From: Torpedo marmorata
Taxonomy: Eukaryota
NCBI GenBank assembly: GCA_977017645.1
Contig: OZ360236.1
Span: forward strand, 33,356,001 to 33,420,000
Length of the DNA: 64,000 nucleotides
Direction: 5' to 3'
Below the pieces are notes generated by a model. It worked only from the letters and a program-made list of their open reading frames with translations. It was not told the origin of the DNA and ran no database searches. This document shows, one piece after another, positions 11,831 to 23,491 of this stretch. Both the position numbers and the translations under genes were made by a program. The stretch's first letter is position 1. The number at the start of each line of letters is the position of its first letter.

Positions 11831-12684
11831 TGTTATGGACCATGACTGACCAGTTGGACTGCGGATGGTCAGCAGGAAGGATGAAGTCTTTTGGAGAACA
11901 CACTTTGACCAGGTACTGAAAGAGTTAACTTGCCCAGGACTTGCTGTACTCAGAGAGAGAGACACCAGAGAGAGAGACAGGCTGTGGAAAGATACTTTGT
12001 TGCACTTTTGCAAAAGCAGGTGCAAACCTCTGCAAAAAGCATTCAGATTCAGTTGTTTGGAGTTGCAAAGGCTGGAGAACACAGCAAAATCCAGGCTTGT
12101 ACATCCCAGGGGAAAAGGCTGGGAGAATAGCACATGGTCTCCTTTATCAGCAAAATCCTGATTTAAATCAACTTTCATGGAGAACAGGCGTGAGATCAGC
12201 GAGTCCGGCTGTGAGATCCAAGTATACGCCTCAATCCAAAACTGATTTGGGAATCGCAATCCTCGTGTATCTACCAAAAGGGAAAGTCATCAGAGAAGAA
12301 AAGCAGGCCAAGCAGTCGTAAGCTTAAACAGTCATTGTCTCTCTCCAATGTTCATTAAGAAGTCCTTCGTGCCAGCACACATAGCTGAATTTGGATCCTG
12401 AACATAGAGAGTGAATTTTTGTGGACTGTATTTTTGGGACTGACTCATTTTTATGACTGACCTGGAGTTTTGGGGAAGGTTTTTCCATTTTTACATGAGA
12501 GTTGGGCACAGACTGTAATGGTCTGGGCTTTACACACTCACACTCTTTAGATAAGAACAGTGTTTATAGACGTTTATAGTGAGGTTAATTGTTAAGAAAT
12601 TATATGTTTAATTGTCTTTAATAAATTTCAATTTTACCCCTTTTGCATTGCGTCTTCTGTCGTTGCTGGTTTGAATTTGTAACA
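11831..12684 (+). repeat. 3' LTR
   Basis: TGTTAT...GTAACA; preceded by G-rich PPT GGGGTGGGAGG-like tract (gtgggtgggagg, ~11819-11830). Confidence 0.95.
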
Positions 12685-13299
12685 ATAATGATTCCAACAT
12701 TTCAGAAAGATAGTCCATTATTTTATTCCACAAAATGTTAAGAATGGACATTAATTGCCATTCTCAACAGCTATATTCTCATCCTGCATATGCCTAGGTA
12801 AAAAAATCCCATTATTTCTCTTTAATCCCCACTTCCAATGCAAGGTTTTGATGTTGCTTTGAAAAAGCTCTTGAGTATGTTTTTTTACATTATTGTATTC
12901 ATATTGCGGTGTTTAGACTCCTGTTTGCCTTTTTATTTCCCCTGACTGGTTAAAACTCTCCAAATGTCAGAGATGTCATTCCTTTGAGGATATACAAGCT
13001 GTTGGAATTTGATGGTCTAAAATAGTTAGTGATGATTCTCTGGATGTCATTCAGCACCAGGTTAATTTTCATTGCATGGGGAGAGTATTCTCATACAGGA
13101 CTAGCACACTTGCTACTGGAGTAATACATGGAACTCATGTGAAGGTTATAATCATAGATGAGTAAGACTCCAATCTTACCCCACACCCTGCTTTCAAATT
13201 TGACAGTTTCTGGATTACTGTCCAGTCAGTTTTCTCTCAATCACCACGTGACGAGAAATGTCATAAACAGTGCTGTCAAGTCATGCTTATGATCCCATC

Positions 13300-14420
13300 A
13301 GCAGAGCACAGTTTGGTTTTCATCAGGATCTCTCCGCTCCAGTTTCATCACAACCTGGGCCCAAACATGGACCAAGGAGCTAAATTTAAAAGGTGAGGTG
13401 AGAGTAACTGACCATACAACCATGTATCTACGTGGAATCTGGTAAAACAAAATCAATGGGAATCAAGGGAAAACACTCCAAAGGATGGACTCATGCCTCA
13501 AGCAAAGGAGCATGACTTTATTTGTCAAAGGTCAATCATCTGCCCCAGGACATCAGTGTGTAGGTTCGTTGAATATTGTCTGAAGTCCAACCATCCTCAA
13601 AAGCTTCATCATAACGTCAGAAGTGGGGAATTTTTGCTGATGATTGTGTAATGTACAAATCTATCTGTGACCCCCACAACAAATGAATTAGTCCATTCCT
13701 GCAAGCAGCAAGACCTGGACAACGGGCTGATAAAGGTCAAGTGACATTTGCACCACAGATGTGTCAAGTGATGACCACATCAAATAAGAGAGAGAGTCTT
13801 ACCACATCCCCATCACTCATGGACTACCATTACCGAGACCCTCTCCATCAACTTCCTGGTGATCGCTATTGACCAAAAACTCAGCTTGAACCAGCCACAA
13901 ATACCAGGGCTACAAAACCAGGTGAGATGCTGAGTTCTTTATGGTAAGTGACTCACTTCCTGACATCCATAAGCCATTCTAGTATCTATGAGGCATCAGG
14001 CAAGAATTCTATGGAATATTCTCAAGCTGTTTGAATAAATGCAGCTCCAATTTAACTCTGAAAGTGCTCAACACTATCCATGGTAGAGCTGCTTGATGAT
14101 TGGCACCCCATCAATTACACTGGGTCTTCATTCCCTCTACCAACAATGCACAGTTGCTTCAACACATTCCCAGACTGCTTCCCAAACCGCAACCTCTAAT
14201 ATTAAGAAAGACAAGCCAGCACATGGGAATGCCACCAGGATTCTCTCCAGATCACACAGTACCTTGATTTGGAAATATTTCGCTAATCCTTCATCATTGC
14301 TGGATCTAAATCCTGGAACTCCTTATCTAACAGCATTGTGGGAATGGCTGATTAAGGACCGGCAATAATGCTAGCTTCATCTCAATGCCCATATCTCAAA
14401 AAATGAATATAATAAAAGAG
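13300..14420 (+). mobile_element. Decayed CR1-group LINE 3' portion
   Basis: Degenerate RT motifs (ggtgtCCCCAGGga..., tttgctgatgattg), then a 3'UTR ending in an A-rich tail. Confidence 0.65.
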
Positions 14421-14639
14421 AAAAATCAGAAGGTGAGATGCAAAGTCTGGAATTGCTGATTATCTGAATGTTAACATTTATTTGGTGACAAGGAATGAGA
14501 AAGATGGTATCAGTAGTGGTGAACATGAAGTTGACAGCATTCATGGAGATGATGAACAACGACTTTGTTAGAAAATTTTACACAGATGTAGAACCTCATT
14601 TCTCTTGCTCCTTCATATTCTGGTTTGTCCCAAGTCTCA

Positions 14640-14880
14640 ATTTTCAAATTCCTACCTGCCCCACCAATTCCATTCCTATTTCTCTAACATCTTCCAGACC
14701 TCATAATCTCTGCCTTCCTCTAATTCAGGCCTTTGGCATATCCCAAACTTTAATCACTATGCTATAGATATCCATAGCCTCAACTTCCTGGGTCCTGAGC
14801 TCCTTTCTAAGTTCCTTCAATTCTCCATCTCTCCCTCTTACTTTGGATGTTTCTTTAAACTTAGCCTTTTGACCAGGATC
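14640..14880 (+). mobile_element. Old L2-like 3' fragment
   Basis: Pyrimidine-rich ...ctttaaac...ttttgacca motif shared with 29620-29820 and 36540-36760. Confidence 0.45.
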
Positions 14881-15064
14881 TTCCTTTGTGGTTCCATTTT
14901 TGAAGACCATGCCATAGTCATGATATTACTACAGGCTCCAAAATCTTTATCACTTAAGGGAAACCAATCTTTCTGGCTGAAAAGATTGCCTAAAGGAGGT
15001 TGTATAGTATTAGAAAGGACTGAAATACTGCATCAATAAATTGTTTGTAATTAAGTTATAATAA

Positions 15065-15653
15065 CACTGGACAACAATTTTTTTCAAAAGGTTTGCTTCC
15101 TGAAAAAAAATGGGGATTAACTTCAAGATGAACACAAAGATAATTTCAGATTTGCTGTAGGAAGTTGGAGAAACATTAAATTAACTTTTATTGAATTTAG
15201 CATGTTTAATGATGCTGACATGTTGCGTTAGTTCAGCTGACCTAAAAATGTTTTGCCGCTGATTTTGATTTGTATAAAGCATCTGATGCCTCTCGTATCA
15301 GTGTCCAACAATAGTCGTCCAGCATTGATGGATCCAGTTGCCCTGATACCGCTTTTCCATGGTCGCAATGTCCTGGTGAAACCTTTCACCATGTTCGTCA
15401 CTGACCACCAAGATCAGCAGGGAAGAAGTCCAAGTGCGAATGCAGAAAATAAATTTTAAATGACATGTGGCACTTCACGGTTTTGTATGCTTGAAGTAGA
15501 CTTAAAATATGACAGGTAATCACAAAAATAGGTTATATCTAAATAAACAGTCTGTGATAGGAAAATTTTAAGGTGATTTTCGTGATCAGCAGCCCAAAAT
15601 CCATAAAATACACCCAAATCTTTACAGGAAAGCAAAATCTTAATTTTCCAGTG
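15065..15653 (-). mobile_element. Chapaev3 (CMC) DNA transposon deletion derivative with transposase C-terminal remnant
   Basis: Termini CACTGGA.../...TTTTCCAGTG, 3-bp TSD TAA on both sides. Minus strand 15242-15498 reads FLHSHLDFFPADLG/VSDEHGERFHQDIATMEKRYQGNW/PSMLDDYCWTL...KHF* with two frameshifts. Confidence 0.85.
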
Positions 15654-17440
15654 TAATCACGTTGCAACTTAAAGCTACTCTTCAGATTTGGTTGCAAAGG
15701 AGAAAATATATCTTGACTTAAGGTAGAACTTTGATGGCTTCAGCCTTCAATCCTAAACATGCAACCCTTCTTCTTTTAAAATGATGCTGCTTTTGGACAA
15801 TTACCCATTGATTTTTTATTTAAATCACATCATTTAACCTTTTTCTGAAGGCATGTCGTGAATTTCCGGTCTTTTCTTTCTCCCATTTTAGAAATTACCG
15901 TTGATGGTATTGGCAAACATTTAAAACATTCACAATTCCTCCTCTGTCCATTCTTCAAACCTAAATGTGAAGCTAGTTCTCTTACTTGAGTCAGTGCCGG
16001 GTTAAGATGCTGTTTTTCAAGGCAAATTAAAAATTAATGTCACCGGAAAGCATTTGGAGATTTGAAAACTTAGTTTTATTTTATTTCCCGTAATTTGTAT
16101 ACACTTTGGATCTCTAGCGGGTGAAATGGTCAGCATAGGTAAGGCTCAACTTACTGACCACGGATGTGAATCCATTTTACACCATGCAAATTTCATTAGC
16201 CATTGTCTACAATAGTGAAGGAAATGAGGCGAAGTGTAACATGTGCTGCAGACTAGCGGGTAGCCTGTTTTGTGATGCTGGAATTGAGCAATTTCCCTCT
16301 TACCCAGTATTTCTTATGTTAAAGTTGCCTTTCATTGTACTGTTGTATCTTTTCCTAGATTAAAAGGTGCAGTTTCAAGTTTACAATCTACTTTTATGTA
16401 GCTTAAGTATTTCTTGTCAAAAAGAGCAGAGTTTAATAATGCGAATTGGAGTCTGATGAAGTGAACAAGAAGGGAAATCAAAAGTCACAAGACCAGCTAA
16501 AGATGATTTTTAAAAAAGTTCTCACAATTCAAACCACAGTCACTATTTACTGGAAAGTACCGGTAGTTTCTTTGCTTTGTGTGAGATTGTGTAACCTAAA
16601 TATTGTACCACCAAGGCAATGTCATTGAAAATGAGATCTATCCATATCTAAAGCTGCATATTCTGCATTTTTTGAGAGTTGCCAAACCATCATAACCCAG
16701 AATAAATTTTAGATTCTAATATTGAGAACCTTTTGCAATTTATATCTGGAAATTTCATATTGATTACATTTTCATAATCAAATCTATTGCTTGTATAACA
16801 GAAAGATTTAGTAATGATCTGCATATAGATATTTTCCTTCATTGGACTGCTAAGAAATGGCTATTTATGTGTAAGTGTAACTACAACAGTTACTTCAGAA
16901 TGTTCAATTTTCTTATCAAAATTGCTTTCTAATGCTGCACTGTTTTTTTTAAAGAAATTGCATTTTCTGAGATTACTTTTTCTGGGATTTCTACTGTGTA
17001 CCCTTGTCTGTCCTTGTTATCCACACAGCCAAACAGAATCCCTTCTAGGCTGAAGTGACTCACTTCTAAGTTCCTACTTTTCTTCACATCAGAGTCTCTT
17101 CTAATAAATCATGCAAAAAGTCAGCAAAAACATCTCCTGGGGTGCAAAATGGGTATTATTCTCTTGAAGCTCCTATTATACATCTCTTCACATTTTAACG
17201 AATGGTGCTTGAAAGTCTGCTCTTCCTGACCATATAATTAATTCTAAACTAGGTATTAAGTTGGAATATTTGAATGAGGGGCATGATGGCTGCTGCTGAT
17301 TATTTCTCTTGAACGGAGGGTCCATTTCCCATTGATGCTTGTGCATGGACTTGTGTTGGACACAAAAAGCTGCCCTCGTAAATATTGCTTTTGAGGTATA
17401 GATACCGACTACCAATGTAATTCCATTTGTGTTCTTATCT

Positions 17441-17534
17441 CATAATTTCAGTTTAAACACACTGTAGCTCAAGATGTATGGTAACTCGAGTTACCATACA
17501 TCTCGAGCTACAATGTGTCTCAACTAAAATTGTG
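17441..17534. repeat. 94-bp loopless imperfect palindrome
   Basis: Centred on CTCGAG (17485-17490); inner 16 bp pair perfectly, outer arms have scattered mismatches. Confidence 0.85.
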
Positions 17535-20500
17535 GAAGTGCAGAGCAGGCCCATCTATAGCTGAAAAAAATATATAGATCAATGTTTCAACCCAGTTCTG
17601 CAGGAAAATGTATACTCACAGCAGTAACATGACTTCTTGCATGCAGATATAACTGCAAGATATTTTCAATTTAGTTATTCTTTTATTTTCATTTAATATT
17701 TTCAATTTCCAGTTTATCTCTTCTATTTTCCATTCTGAATCTACCAATACAAATTATGTAAACATCTTTACAAAAATATTGGCAGGAATAGCTAGATTAT
17801 AGTTATTTTAGTTTTCAGAGCACATGATGCGTGAAAAGTCAAGTAACAAAGTAATATTTTTAAAAATTTAAGCAATGCTCCCAAAAAAAAACATCTAACC
17901 TCCAAAAAAAGTTTTGAAGATCACAGTTCAAGGTAAAACAACTATTAATATGGCATCTATATCTGGTTAAAGTAGCTTGTTTAGAGATTAATTTTCAATT
18001 TTAAAAATTTATTTCTGTGATTACAGGAATTGTTAATTACAGTCTTAAGGTTATAAAACACCACTAAATGAAGAAAAATAGCTCTACCCCAAAAGTCCAT
18101 TAGAATACAGCACTTTAAAGAGAAGCTGGCTTCAGTACAGTTGTGATGAATAATTCATGTTGTATTTTGAGTGCCTTCTGCTAAAATGGATAAAAGTCTT
18201 GTAGCTGCCATTTAAGAATTTGAATAAATTAAAGATATAAGAAAGGTGTGGTATAAAAATAAAATACTGTTCGAGGGAACAGAGCTGTCTTGGTTGAAGC
18301 AGAGTAATAACATTGCATGTAAAACATAACATGGAGAATAAAAAGCCACAGTGAAAACATAATGAAGAATGTTAAAATACTGGCTCAGTATTGCACCTCT
18401 GTATAAAGTACCCTGACACCAACTCCATAGCAAAATGTGATTTGCATACAGATGTCAAAATGGTTGGCTCTGTTAAAGTTAAGACTTGCATGTGTGGCCA
18501 CCTAAATCCCCTGTAGTACATGAGTATGCTGACTCAGGGTGTCCAGGTGGTTGAACAATAACCATTTATTTGGAGGCATTATTTTCCCTGGGGTTTCCTC
18601 TTGCTTGTAGATGGTAATCCTAAAACTCAAGATGAACACATGGTGAGGCATTATGTTTTGGTCCATGTTGATTGCTCTAAATTTTATCGGGAGGAGGGGA
18701 TAGAATGAAAGGCAGTGGTTAGAAGGAAGGAGGTGTTGTTAGAATAATTGCCATTGGCTCACAGGGTGACATTCTTTATTCACTTTCTTCCATGACTGAA
18801 ATTTAAAAGAACATAATTTTTTTCTCTGAAGTGTGCCACATTACTTTAGGACATCTGCTAAGCTGATTTATAGGGCTTAACAGCAAGACTATCAAACAGA
18901 TTATGTGTCACTACAACTAATGCAGCAGCAATTTCATTCTTTTAAATGAAGCTGGCAGTAAAGTTTGGCTCTTTCTAAAAGCTGTGGTAATTTTCTAAAA
19001 AAACCCAGTGCATTCATGCCATTAAGGAGCAGTCTTTGTTTCTTTTAGAAAATCAAATACTCATTAAGATGGTAAGCAATTTATTTGAATAAATATTTTT
19101 ACAACATTACTTTAAAATATTTCATGGGTAACAAGATTCACTGGGCTTGCATCATGAAATAAGCACATACCTGTTATAAAATATTGATTGTCAGTCTTAA
19201 GAGAACTGATTAAGCTTTGCATGTGTACCGTGCATGTCTTGGCTATAGAGCAAGTGGCATTTTCACAAAGGATCATGATAAACTCATACAATGCTTTATT
19301 TTGTGTGTTATAAAGTGCTGATTTGAGTACTGTCCTTGAGCAACTAAATTTTCCTAGTCACTTTTGATTTAATCATTGGACACAATCCCTAAATTGTGCT
19401 TATTTTATTTGTTTTTGTATTAATTGCTCCCTTTGACTGGCTGTCTGTAAAACCACAGTCTGGATCATTTTGATATTCTATAGTGACAGCTGGTAATGGA
19501 AGCCCAGGTTTCTGTAGAAAGCCTATTAAGTATGCTACACACTCAATGGCCTGTGGTCCGGAATAGAGAGCTCCTCCCATAAGTGTGTCAGGCTTTTGTC
19601 ATTGTAATTGAGCTCTGTTTGTAGAGTGTTGTCTGTATTTACTCTTTGCCAGAGCTCATATTTACACAGCCTGTTAGGGGGCTTGATGTCTCCCTGCATT
19701 GCCACAAATGCATCAGATACTGCCACAATGCCTTTTGGCAGTTATGATATCTTTTTGGTCTTCTAAGTTACTCTGTCAAAGGGTGCAGCAGGGGTAAGAG
19801 GCCTTGAGCGGCAGGGGAAGCCTAGAGGTTGATGACATTTGCACTTTAACAATAAGATTAAAGGTATCTGGTGTTATGAGATTTTGATAAAATAAATCTA
19901 TCCAGAGACATTATCTGGCCATGCCTCTTTCACAGAGCTCATTCATTCAGGAAGCAGAAAGCACGGAGCAAGCAAATTTAATAAGCACTGCATCCATTAC
20001 ACATTTAGCTTCTGCCATAGCAACAGAGTCAGGGCCATTCAATCTCCTGTGCTCAGCCATCATTATCTCCTGAGCCATCTGTTGTAGAGGAGTGCAATTC
20101 CATCTTATTTAAATGAAGTGAAGCTAGCATCTATTTAGTGGGACATATGTCACAGAAAACATACAACTTGAAATATGGCTGCATGAATCTGATTTGAGTT
20201 TTCTTTCAAGATGTTTGTGTGCAATTATGTTTAATGTGATGTACAAAGAAGAAATTCTGAAATCTTGGTAAGGTGTTCAAACTCTGATGTAAAATAGGAT
20301 GTAAAGTGAGAATGTGGTGGCTTTGCATTCAACTGTTGTGTGTGCCATATCCTGGGGAGCTATCATATGAGGCCTTTGTAAACCTAAAATCAACAAACAA
20401 CAAAGTAGAAGTGAAGTTTTAAAATCTATGGTGAGGCTGTAGGTTTTCGTATTGTATTCATCTTGAATGACTGAATGACAATTGTGTTGTGTACACAGCA

Positions 20501-23430
20501 TTGCTGTAACAGGATTGGCTCTCAGTCTGTGGCATTGAATTTTAATTATGTGCAAAATTGGCTGTGATTGGTGCAGCTGTCAGGCCACGCTGCTCCTTCA
20601 ACTGATAAGTTGTATGCACTTGGCAGAAACTTTCCAGGAATGATACTCACTTCTGTACTGTTCATCCAGAAATACAGAGACTAGCAAGAATGAAGCTGTG
20701 TGGAACATTTCTTGGTTGGTAGAAAACATAATTCATTTATTTTCCTTACAATCGTTTCTCTTGTAACAGTACTGTAAATTCTAGGCTTTGGATAAGCTAT
20801 AGGAATTTAAAATAAGCAAATGTTATTGCTCAGTGTCATTTGTACTTGGTTGATTTTTTTTATCCACTTACTAAATGGAATAGTTCCAGTTTATTTTGTG
20901 TTATTCTGGACAATATAAACTGTACTTTTGCTCTGATCATCCTATTATTTTATAGTCTCAGAATGATGTCTCCGTTAGATGTCTTTCAGATATTTTATGT
21001 GTCATTTGGATTATGTTAGTTTATACTGTGAGGACTGTAGATTGTTGTCTTGCGCAGTAGGGATATGCAACACTTTATTTAAATGCAAGTTTCTTTAAAA
21101 CCATTTTTGTACTGAAAATAATGAAAGGAATATAATATTATTTGTGGACTTCAGACAAAGAAGTTTTGTCTCCTGAGTGTTTCTGATATGCGCCTGACAG
21201 GGATCATTAAGACAATGTTAGCCTGAAGGCTTATTAAAAGTTTCTGTATGCTGCGTCCATCTGCCAGGATCTGCCACGGGCAGGTCTCATTCCAAATGCT
21301 CAGCTGTTACGTATACAATATTAATGCTGACCAGTTGCATCCAGCATACAACAGGACTAATTGTAGTCTGTTGAATTAGGGTTACCCATCTGCATAGGTT
21401 TGAAATCTGTTGTAAGACTAACAAGAAAAATGAATTCAGTTCCAGCTGGTAATTGAAGGAGCTTCCTTAATTGACTATGCAAAAATGTTTTTAACTCAGA
21501 TCTTACTCTGAGTAAAAGTTTCATTTAGCAGTCATAAAAGGAAAACATTTTCATCAGTAGGTGGATTAATTCTAATACCAATATTTTAGTCAAATATATT
21601 TAACATAATTGATAGAACAACTTTTCTTTTGTAGATATATAAGCTCTTTTAAATTAATAATTACATTTGAAACTTAGAAACTTTATCATCAAAAACTGGA
21701 GAAGGCGCTTCAAAGATTAGCAAACTTTCAGTGAAAGTTGGCCAGAAAACCTCAGTATTTTTACTTTTCAACACAGGCACAATTCTACTTCTGAACTAAT
21801 AAAATTTAAGAACTTAAAGTTAGTGAAGAATGCTTAAATACTTCTCAACTTGCTGACTTTGGCATTTTCATTGAAGCATTATTCAGTTATTATAAATATG
21901 ATTTGCTTACTTAAAGGTACTTGTATATTTGTAGAGTACATGAATAAAAAAAAAATGAAATCCTAACAAGTTCTTAAAAAGTTTAGGATGTTTTAATCAA
22001 ATATTTGTCAACCAGTATTTTCACTCTAGCTTCAATTGTGGATCAGAAATTATACATACTTTTTTATTGCTCTTATTAACAAAATTCTATGAATTGAAAT
22101 CATGTTTACAATAGCAACTTGAGCTATGTGCACTTCAGTAGAAAAACCTGGAGCTGACTGAAGTGCTGAACCATGTCTTTGTCCTGTACTCAGCTGATAG
22201 TGCACAAACCGGGGGGAGCTGTCCAAGGTGTCTGTTCTCAAGAAATTTTCTTTTAGGCTTACCAATATTTTTAAAACAAATTTTGCACAACCAGAGCTAA
22301 AATTTTGCTTGAGTAGATAAATATTAATACAGTTTTACAGTTGTGCTGTAATTATTTTCATGTAAATTCATGGCTCTTTCTGAATCTTTCTGAAATGTGA
22401 CTTCAGACAAAATTGTACATTGTCTTTTTCTGCTCTTGTTCCAACAATAATTGTTTGTACAGCGGTACAATCACTTTTATTAATATGAGTTAAAAGTATA
22501 CTCGAGAAAAGGAAAGTTTTAATGTGTCTGGAAGAGTCCTTTAGTTTGAGACTTGCTTCTGCGTGTATAGCGCTATGGTCTTTGCTGGTTGTTTGTTTCT
22601 TTGTTATTCTTTTAAAAATGGCATGATACAGCCGATCCACACCAGACATTGCTGATTGATTTCAGCCATAATGCATAACAAAAGAAGTGCAATGTATAAT
22701 ACTGCCTGGTGCTCAGAGATAAGAATTTAATAGAATTTTGGCAAAAGGAGATTGGCTTGCAGAAGCTTAATATATGCACAACCTGGTAAAGTGAGATAGA
22801 AAATGGCATTTGAATGCAAATCTCAAATGATCTTAATGAATGGCTGCTGTCCTTTGCCTCTAATAAGGTTTGAAGCCAACAAAGGAAGTAGCTTTGATAA
22901 CCTAGGGCATCTGTCATATCCTGGGCTGCTTACAGTGTTTCAAATAGGAATCCTAGGACTCTACCACAAGTATGGTGAGAGGAGGTAGGTTGACAGTGTG
23001 ACATTAGCAATCTTTTAGTTCAAATCATAATTCGTAATAAGTAATCTTAATGCCTAAATATTAATCAGATTGGATGTATCACCAACAGGGCATAGTATCC
23101 ATCTTTAAAACTCTGCGCTTCAACAATATTTGAACTATAGTTCTGAGATATTTAAATTTTAAGGACCACCTATTAGATGGTATACAGTAAATTCATTTCT
23201 CCTCATAGAGTAAACAGATATATTGCAACCCCAAGGGTTTATGGGTAGTGTATTTACACAGAAAATGCATCAAGCCTTCTCTGCAATCTAACTAATGAGA
23301 CTGGTCATTAAGTAAATGACACACAGCCTTTAGCAGGCTTATGCAACACACTGGAGTATCAAATATTTAATTCAACCACCACATGTCTCATGCTCCGTTG
23401 TGGACTGCCGTGGCCCAGCCCCTGCTGTAG

Positions 23431-23491
23431 ATTTCATTATTGCTTTCCGTGATGTCATTTCACCGAGGTGGACAATAGCTGTGGGGAAAAG
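23431..23491 (+). other. MYT1: Putative non-coding 5'UTR exon of MYT1 (start uncertain)
   Basis: Perfect donor AAG|GTAAGT at 23491/23492 in a locally GC-richer, non-repeat block, with possible acceptor ctgtag at 23430. Coding exon 1 begins at an acceptor, so an upstream exon must exist. Confidence 0.45.

Larger units (their letters stand above)
5935..12684 (+). mobile_element. Gmr1-type Gypsy LTR retrotransposon, full-length footprint, decayed
   Basis: Two ~860 bp LTRs, 4-bp TSD ATAA (5931-5934 and 12685-12688), PBS, PPT, and gag-PR-INT-(RT remnant)-RNaseH. Confidence 0.95.
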
